The position numbers were made by a program, and so were the translations under genes. Shown piece by piece: positions 17,357-25,800 of a DNA stretch of 26,745 bases; position 1 is the first letter of the stretch; every line of letters begins with the position of its first letter. The DNA is taken from positions 1 through 26,745 of IMG/VR virus record IMGVR_UViG_3300039208_000176; one strand, 5' to 3'. The notes below the pieces were generated by a model. That model searched no databases and was not told the origin of the DNA. It saw only the letters and a program-made list of their open reading frames with translations. This DNA is from a virus (taxonomy: Duplodnaviria > Caudoviricetes).

Positions 17357-19824
17357 TGCCTCGTGTTAATTCCGTCAATGCGCTGCGCGAGCCGTCTATT
17401 GCTGGTGGTACAAGCCCGGCTAAGATCAATCCGGGCGTCACGAGCCACACAGTAAGGGCTGGTCAGGCGTGGGCGAGCGCGATCAAGGATATCGGCGGGG
17501 CATTCGCTCAGCTGGCCGGTAATGCTGCAGCTGCGCAGGACTCGCAGAACTACGCTCTCGCGCAGATCGACTACAACCGGCAAGACCGCGAAACCTGGAC
17601 GGACATAAACAACAAGGCCGACGAGCAAGGTAACGGGTTCGAGCAAACGCCTGATCGATACTCTGCGATCATGAAGTCGAATCAGGCAAAATACCCGATC
17701 GGCGATCCGAAGCTTCGCCGTAAGTGGCAGATGACCATGCTCGAGCGCTCATCGCGCCGCGGGTATGACGCTGTCCAGGCTGCTCAAGGCCGCAAGAAAA
17801 CCTACTTCAAAGGCGTTGAGGATCGCCAGTTCGCAGCTGCGCAGGTCGAAGTGTCCAAGTCGCCGAACATGGAGACGATCAACCAGCAGCTCCAGCCGCT
17901 CGAGGATTTGGTCAACAGCGGCCGCGGTATCTATCACACCGAAGGCGATATACAGAACCGGCTGCGCCAGTATCGCGGCAAGCTCTACAGCCAAGCCCTG
18001 AAGACCTTGGCCGAGAAAGACCCGGAGTCAGCAACGAAGCTGTTCGACCAAATCCAGAAGTCGGGCAAGTTCGAAATCCAGGGTCCATCCGGTCCGGTCC
18101 GGGTATTCGATGCCGACAAAGTACCGACTGCTGCGCAGCGCCGGGACATTTGGAACAAGGGTGGCGTCGTCGTCAATCTCGATACGAACTCGTCCAAGAA
18201 GGGTGGGCCGACGTCACCGATGGTGGTCATCCCTGACGGTGCGACCAAGGAACAGAGGGCGGCCGCGGAATCCTACGCTAAGCAGATTGCCGGGCTCTAT
18301 GCCAAGCAATTCGGCAAGACGATGAAGCCGCGGGTCGTAACACGGTCGCAGAACGGTCGTGGCCGGTCATTCACAATTCACACCGAGCCCTACTCGGTGA
18401 AAGACTCAAACGCCGTAAAGTTCTTCTCATCTCCAGAAGGTCAGAAACTTCATGCTGAAATCCTTCGTGGGACGCTCGGCAAAATACCCGGCGTCCAATT
18501 CTCCCTACCGCATGGCGGCACAAAGGGTGCAGACAAAGGGGCTCATGGGAGCGGTACAAATGAGGTTGCGATTGCGAAAAATCTCATTGCGCAACTCAAC
18601 GATGGGCGTGCTCCTGCTCAAGGCCAAGGCGATCGGACTTCGGCACTCGGCCAACTTGCGCCCGGCCAGCGGTTCTCTGTAGACACCAAGTTCGGGCAAT
18701 TCGAGGTCGATAGCAAGTCCTGGAATGCCATGTCAGGCAATGACATACGCCGATTGGCTAACTTTGCGAATGAACGCAAGGGCCAAGTGCTTCGCATGCG
18801 CAAAGCCGATGCGGATGTCATGATGAAGAACCAGATCGAGCACGTGCTGCAGTTCGGATCTGATGCCAAGGACTGGGATGCTGGCTTCATTGCGAAGGCG
18901 TATGAAGACAGGCCACAGAAGCTCAAGTCATTCAATGCACGGTTGGAAGCTGCGCGACAGGCGCACGGGATTACCGATGGCGCTGCTTCGTCTGACGCCA
19001 CAACATTGCGCGATCGACTCCAGCAGGCTCGGCCTATGGAAGGTAGCGACAACTACGCCATTCGAAAAGACATGTACGACCAAGCAGAGCGACGCGTTAA
19101 TCGCCTGCTGAACGCGCGCGATAAAGATCCGGCTCGCGCTGTCGATGGTACTGCCGATCGAGAAACCTGGGGGCGGGCTCAGACCGTCAATCAGGCTTAC
19201 GAGCAGTTCACCAATGGTGTTCCCAAGAACGCGAAAGAACGCTTCGCAGTCGTCGACGCGCGCCTTCGGGCTCAAAATGCGCTCGGCATTGCGCACCCCA
19301 AGCCGCTGACCAACAGTGAAGCTTCAGATTTGGTTGGAATGCTGAAGACACCACCAGGTGGTGACCACGAAGCCGCGGCGCGAAATCTCTACAAGAAAAT
19401 CGTCGAGCAGTACGGCGAAGGGCACGCAGACAAGATCACAGATCAGGTGATCGAGCGAGCATTCAAGGACGAGGAAAAGCGTCAGCTATTCAAGTCGACA
19501 CTCGACACGCTCGAGCAGCAAAGCTTCCGGACATCTACTGAGTCAAAGCGTATCGAAGATGAGCAGAAATTGCTCGAGGGCGAAATGATCGGACGTCACG
19601 AAGCAGCCGAGCCAGGGTTTTTCGAGTGGGTCTTGCCTTACCTGCCGAACGTTGCCGGCGATCAGAGCCGAAGGCTGGAAGCGCAGAGCAAGAAGCCAAT
19701 ACCGCCCGCGGCCATCAAACACTTGAAGGATCATCCGGACACAGCCCAACAGTTCGAAGAGTGGTTCGGTCTGAAGCCCGGCGATTCCAAGCGCTACCTG
19801 GAGCAAGCGCCCAAGAATGAGTGA
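17356..19824 (+). CDS. Internal virion / ejection protein (gp15-like) with an inserted putative cell-wall amidase domain
   Basis: MPRV start, helical Q/A/K-rich body, DPARAV motif, position before the giant gene; amidase-like motifs at 18097-18600. Confidence 0.75.
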   Translation: MPRVNSVNALREPSIAGGTSPAKINPGVTSHTVRAGQAWASAIKDIGGAFAQLAGNAAAAQDSQNYALAQIDYNRQDRETWTDINNKADEQGNGFEQTPDRYSAIMKSNQAKYPIGDPKLRRKWQMTMLERSSRRGYDAVQAAQGRKKTYFKGVEDRQFAAAQVEVSKSPNMETINQQLQPLEDLVNSGRGIYHTEGDIQNRLRQYRGKLYSQALKTLAEKDPESATKLFDQIQKSGKFEIQGPSGPVRVFDADKVPTAAQRRDIWNKGGVVVNLDTNSSKKGGPTSPMVVIPDGATKEQRAAAESYAKQIAGLYAKQFGKTMKPRVVTRSQNGRGRSFTIHTEPYSVKDSNAVKFFSSPEGQKLHAEILRGTLGKIPGVQFSLPHGGTKGADKGAHGSGTNEVAIAKNLIAQLNDGRAPAQGQGDRTSALGQLAPGQRFSVDTKFGQFEVDSKSWNAMSGNDIRRLANFANERKGQVLRMRKADADVMMKNQIEHVLQFGSDAKDWDAGFIAKAYEDRPQKLKSFNARLEAARQAHGITDGAASSDATTLRDRLQQARPMEGSDNYAIRKDMYDQAERRVNRLLNARDKDPARAVDGTADRETWGRAQTVNQAYEQFTNGVPKNAKERFAVVDARLRAQNALGIAHPKPLTNSEASDLVGMLKTPPGGDHEAAARNLYKKIVEQYGEGHADKITDQVIERAFKDEEKRQLFKSTLDTLEQQSFRTSTESKRIEDEQKLLEGEMIGRHEAAEPGFFEWVLPYLPNVAGDQSRRLEAQSKKPIPPAAIKHLKDHPDTAQQFEEWFGLKPGDSKRYLEQAPKNE

Positions 19825-22800
19825 ACTCAACCCATATCAGCAATTCACCGAAGAACCTGACCGCAACCCGGAAGAAACCGAGGCGCGGCCGGTGCCGGAC
19901 CGTGACGTGGTGCCAACGCCTGAGCGTGCGCAGCGCTTGAGCTTAGCAGCGTCCATGGTGCAGGACGGTGAAGAGAAGACGAGACAACGCGCGGCCGCTC
20001 TGGCCGATTCGCGCAAGCTTCAGCACGAGAATTCCAGGAAGGACGAAGCGCGGACGAAAGCCGATCGCAATCCTTATTGGCAGTTCTCGGCGAAGCGTCC
20101 TCTCGAGCGCTTCACGAAGGATCGGGACGCATGGTCGCCGCTCGTCGGTGATGAATTCCTCAAGCTCTCACCTGAGCAGAAGAAGTCCGAACTCGATAGC
20201 CTGATTAAGTCGAACACTACGGCACTGAGTGACTGGGAAGCTCGCTTGAAGAAGCAGAGCGAGCAGGACGCGACCTATCGAAACGCCAGCGGGGGCAAGC
20301 AGCACCCATGGATGCGATCGAACATCCGGACCGCGACGGACCGCATCAGCCAGCTTAAAAAAGAGCTGGTGTTCTATCGTATGGTGCAGTCCGGAAAGAT
20401 TGAAGGTCTCGACTATTCGGCATGGCGCAACGCCATGAACAAAGTACCGGAAGCCTTCGTCAATACACTGGTGTCAGGGACACTCAAGTTTGCTGGCGTC
20501 GTCCAGGCTGCTGTTGGTAGCGATAAGAAGGCGGATGAGACCGCCGTGTTCGAGTGGGGCAAGCACGTCGAATCCTTCATGAAGGAAAGCTTCCCCGACG
20601 ATCCGGCACGCCAGTTCCATTTCACGAATAAGCTTATGCAGGGCGCTGGCTCAATGGCCGCGTTCATGGGCGTAGGCTTCCTGGGTGCAGTCGCGCGGCT
20701 TGGCACCAAAGGACAGCTGGCGCTGATCTCGGTCAACGGTGGCTCGCTCGAGGGCTCGTCACAGTACGAGGAAGCCAAGCGTACACTCATTCAAGCAGCC
20801 AAGGACTACGAGAAGGAAACCGGATCGAAGCTCAAGTTCACGCAGGCTGAAGCGAAGGCAATGCGCGCGGCCGGCTGGGGCTTCTTGCTTGGCCTTTCGG
20901 AATCGGCATCGTTTGCGCGCGCGCTCGGTCCAGGCGGGGGGCCGCTGACCAAGGGCGTTAACCAAGCTTTTGAGGAATCCATTCAGGAAGGGCCGATCAT
21001 GACGACCGGCTCGAACTTGATTGCGCAACAGCACTACGATCCTAATCGCAAGCTGAATGAAGGTGTCGGCGAGGCGATGGCCATTGGTGGCATCCTCGGC
21101 GGTAAAACCGGCATCCTCTTCGGTTTCACGAACTCTGAAGGCAAAGAGATCCAAGAAGCTCGTCTTCGCAGTGGTCAACGGTTCGTGCTCGATGTTGAGC
21201 CGACGGGAGATCCTAAGAAGGCGGACCGGGAAAACGTTGATATCGAAGAGCGCAAGCGGGTCGAAGACGAGAAGCGGCGCGTTGAAGCTGAAACAGCAAC
21301 CGCTGTCGAAAGCGACACAAGAGATCCGTCGGAGCCGACACAACCGGAGCCTGAGACGCCACAGGCGGCAGACGTTGCGCGTGTGGAGATCTCCGAAGAA
21401 GACCGTATCGACCTCGAGAAGACCGCAGAGATAGTTGGTCTGAAAGAACCGGGGGCGACACGGGATGAAGCGATAGCCAGGCTCGCCGAAGAACGCCAGA
21501 AAGGCGCGTCTCTGGGTGAAGAGATCGACCCCATTCTCGATAAGATCATCGCCGCATCGCGCAATCGTGTCGAGCAACAGGATGAAAAGGCAACGCTGCC
21601 GGAGACGCCACAGTCTGCGGACGTTCGCAAGGTCGACATCAAAGAAGCTGACCGCAAGGACATCGACAAAGCTGCAGAGCTGGTCGGGCTCAAGAAGCCG
21701 GGTGATTCTACCGACCAGTCAATCGCGCGACTTGCTGAAGAACGTCAGAAAGGAGCATCGATCGACCCTGAGGTCGATAAGGTGCTCGATGAAGTGGTCG
21801 AGAAGACACAGACACGCGTCAATCGACAGAACGAAAACAAGGTGCTGCCAGAAGATCCGCAACCCGCTGATGTGGCAAAGGTCAACATCAAGGAAGCGGA
21901 CCGTCGTGATTTGGACAAGGCGGCGGAACTGGCTGGGCTCAAGAAACGCGGTGATACCTCAGATAAGTCGATTGCCACGCTCGCAACCGAACGCAGTAAA
22001 GGCGCAACGATTGATCCTGAAATCGATCGCGTTCTCGACAAAGTCGTCGGTGTTGCGAAAGGTCGCGTTGATCGTCAGAACAAAGCCAAACCGAAACCGA
22101 AGCCGAAAGTTGCACAGGTTGTCAACGAGCGCGGCCTGGCTGAGGTCAAATCGTATCTGGACATTCTTGAGTTTGTGAAAGAAGGTAAGGGCACCAAGAG
22201 ACCACAAACACTTACCGAATTTGTTCGGGACGAAGGAGGTATCAGCGATGCAGCCGCGGATCTAGAAAACTCAAACGTTGACGAAAACTTAGCGCCATTC
22301 GTCAAGAAGATCGCCCAGCCCGGCGGTCGCTCGATTGATGAAATGGCCTTGAATGCCCATCAGGCCGGCTTCTTCGAGAGCCGGCCTTCTGTCGCTGAAT
22401 TCCTCGAAGCAATCGACGAGGACACGCGTACTCAGTCATGGGTGCGTCAAGGCGATATCGAAACACTCGAAGATTTCGAAATCCGCGAGCAGATGCGCAC
22501 TGACCTTGAAGAGGTCGGTATCAGGGAGAATATGACCAATGCCCAAGCGTCCGAAGCCGCGTGGGCGGCCATCAGAGACGAGTTTAAGATACGAGAACAT
22601 GAAGAGGCTGCGGGACGGTCTGCGCGCAACCGTGAAACGGCGCAGAGACTTCGCGAGCAAGGTGCAGTTGACAAACTTGCAGAATATCTCGGAAACGGCG
22701 GACAACTCGGCTGGCACAAGCTCGACGAGATAGCAAAGTCAATCGGCGTTGATTCCGATCAGGTTCAACACGTCCTAGACCAAGGCGTCAAGGACGGCAT

Positions 22801-25800
22801 GTTGCGCGAGCACAATGGCGACTATTTCCGCGCTCGCACTCGGCCTCAGCCGGCACTTAATGGCGCTCAGTCTGTCGAGATCCGGAAGGATATCGAGAAG
22901 CGTGTCGAAGAAGGCGAGATCGTAGAAATCAACCCGGCTGCTGTAGCGCAGTCTCACCTTGCAATGCGCAAGATTGGCATTGCGGATGATATTGAAGCGG
23001 GGGCTCTCGCCTATCTTCAAAAATTCGAAGACAACGGGAAGACGCTGTATCGAGGTCTATTTGAGACTGTCGACGGGCGTTTCTTTGCCATCAACGTTAG
23101 TGACCTCAAGGACTTGACCGGACTTCGTGCTGGAGCTGTCATTGGACAGCGACGGCTCGTCACTGCTCGGCTTCACCCTATCGCCACGCCGATTCCAACC
23201 ATCGAGGGAGAAATTCGGCATGAACTTGTCCACGTAGTTTTCGGTCAGATCGATAGTGGTGTCCGGGATCGGTTGCTTGCTCATGCTGAAGCCCTCGGCG
23301 TGATGGATATGAAGTTCGGCGACTTTCTACAGATAATTGGCGATCCGCAAGCAGATATCAAGGATTTCGACAACTCGCGCACTCTTCGTAGCCTGTATCA
23401 GGAGCGGTTCAACGAGTCCCGCGACCCATCAATCCACGATGCAAAAATGGCCGAAGAAGCACTTGCTCACATGGTTGAGCTGACTGTGCATGGCCACTTC
23501 ACGGTCGAGCAAATGGCGCCGATCGCGGATGATCTACGGGCGATTGGTGAGGCGCCGGGGGCAATTGACCCTGACGATGCATTGGAGTTGGCCATTGCTG
23601 GCAATGTTCGCTCGGATACGATCAGCGAAGCCATTTGGGAAAACCGCGTTGCTGAAGATGCTGCAAGCCAAGATCAAATGATGGCCGCTCTCGGGCGTCC
23701 TTCAGACTGGCTACCGGCGTTCAATCTTCGTGATCGCAATAGAGCACCAAACGCGGTTCGAAGCCTTAGTGTGATTCTGCGCGATCTATCTCAGGCAGTG
23801 GGCGTGCCAATACGACAGGGTCGCGGAATTCGGCGTCTCTTCGGGTACAACGTTCGCACGGGTGTTTCACGTCAGCAGACCTACTACAACATCCATGAGT
23901 TTTCCGGAAACCTTGCGGAAGCATTGAATGCACGTCAGCAAGGTGAAATAAGCAGCATAATTCTTGCCAATCAGCAGGAGCTTGGACCGCTCGGGATCGA
24001 CGATAATGCAGAGATCGGATTTGCGAACTTTGTCCGGCTCTACATCACTAATCCGACCATGGCCCGCCAGCTTGCGCCAGTCACCTATATGCAGTTCGAA
24101 GGCGTGCTCGATGCCACCATGCCCGATACGTTGGCTAATATGCAGCTCGCACAGTCGGAAATCGAGCGCTGGAACCAGCTGGAGCCGGAAGCGCAGATCG
24201 AATCTATGATCGTGCCGGCGAACCGCAATCGACCACTCGTCGAGCGTATGACCGAGCTTGACCCGGCTGGGCTTCTCCAAACGCTACGGCTCCGGATCTC
24301 CCAGTACTATACGAACGTATGGGACCGGATGCACCCGTTTTGGCTTGCGAACCGTGAGCTGCTGAGGCTGTACCAAGAGAATACCGGCCAAAAGCTCAAC
24401 CTCACCGTGAACGAGAACGCAGAAAAAATCATTCGAATGGGCCGGATGTCTCACGCGTGGGCTGGTCAGGATCTCCAGGAAGGGGTCCGCAACCGTTTCA
24501 CGAACGAGCATACCGGACCGTCTCTCGTGGAAGCGCTTCGCGTTGCGCTCGGTGATGTGCGCTCTGAAGCTATCGACCAGCGGCAAGGCTCCAGATATAG
24601 GCGCTTTCAGTCCTATCTCGTCGCAAGACGGGCTCGAGCACTGTGGGACCAGTATCAGCGCGGCGAACGAGATCGCCCGCCAGTGAGCCAATATGCCGGT
24701 CCTGTGCAGGTGCAGGAAGCCATCGATCGGCTCGAGCAAAGGTTTCCGTCATTCATCCAGGGTGCAGAGCTGATCTACCAATACCAGAACCAGCTGCTCG
24801 AATTGCAGATGGATGCCGGACTAATCAGCGAAGATACCTACCGCGAGCTGCTGACTCACGTGGATTATGTGCCGTTCATGCGCTCGTTCGATGAGGACTA
24901 CGAACAGCAGACAAACACTCTCGGCAAGGGTGTCAGCGGCATCATTAAGCGCTTCCGTGGCTCGAACCGGGATATTGTTGACCCCTTGGCGTCGATCGCG
25001 CAAAAGACCTACGAAACGCGCCAGATGATCGCAATCAACGATTCCAAGCGCGCACTATTAGAGCTAGCCGAGCGGGCTGGGCCGGCCGGGGGCGCGATTG
25101 CTGAACGCATCGACGCTACCCGGCTGGAAGGAATGCGCGTCAATGTGATCGAAGCGCTGCGCAGTGCGGCGCGCGATCTGGACGTCGACCCGCAAGACAC
25201 AACTGCACTCGTCGGACTGGCGCAACAGATCATGGGCAACGAGGCCGTCGCCACACAGTGGCGTAACGTGCCTATCCGTCCAGGCCAGAAGCCGATTGTC
25301 TGGGTGTTCGAGAATGGCGAACCGGTGGCCATGGAGCTTTCGCACCAATGGCTCGGTGTGACGCTTTACCAGACACTCCAGAACTTCGGCGAAGAACACA
25401 CGTCGCTATTGATCAAGATGCTGGCTTATCCGTCAGACTTCATTCGCGGCACAGTGACATCACACCCGGAATTCATCGGCGCCAACATCGTTCGCGATGG
25501 TCCGTTGTCTTTCATGTATGACGCTCGAATGGTCCCGCTCTACACGCAGCTGAAGGGATTTGCGCGAGCTGCCTTCGGTAAAGACGAAGGCGTGCAGAGA
25601 TACGCGGCGAACATGGGGCTTCTGGGCGGGGTCCAAGCTTCGGCGCTCGATCCGGTTCGACTCGATCGAGATATGGAAGCCCTCATTGAGCAAGGCTACA
25701 ATCCCGTGCTGTGGCGTGAGCCTGGCGAATTCTTTGATAAGCTGTTCACCGAATGGATGGGATACCGGACAACAACCGGACAGATAATGGCAGGAAGTGC

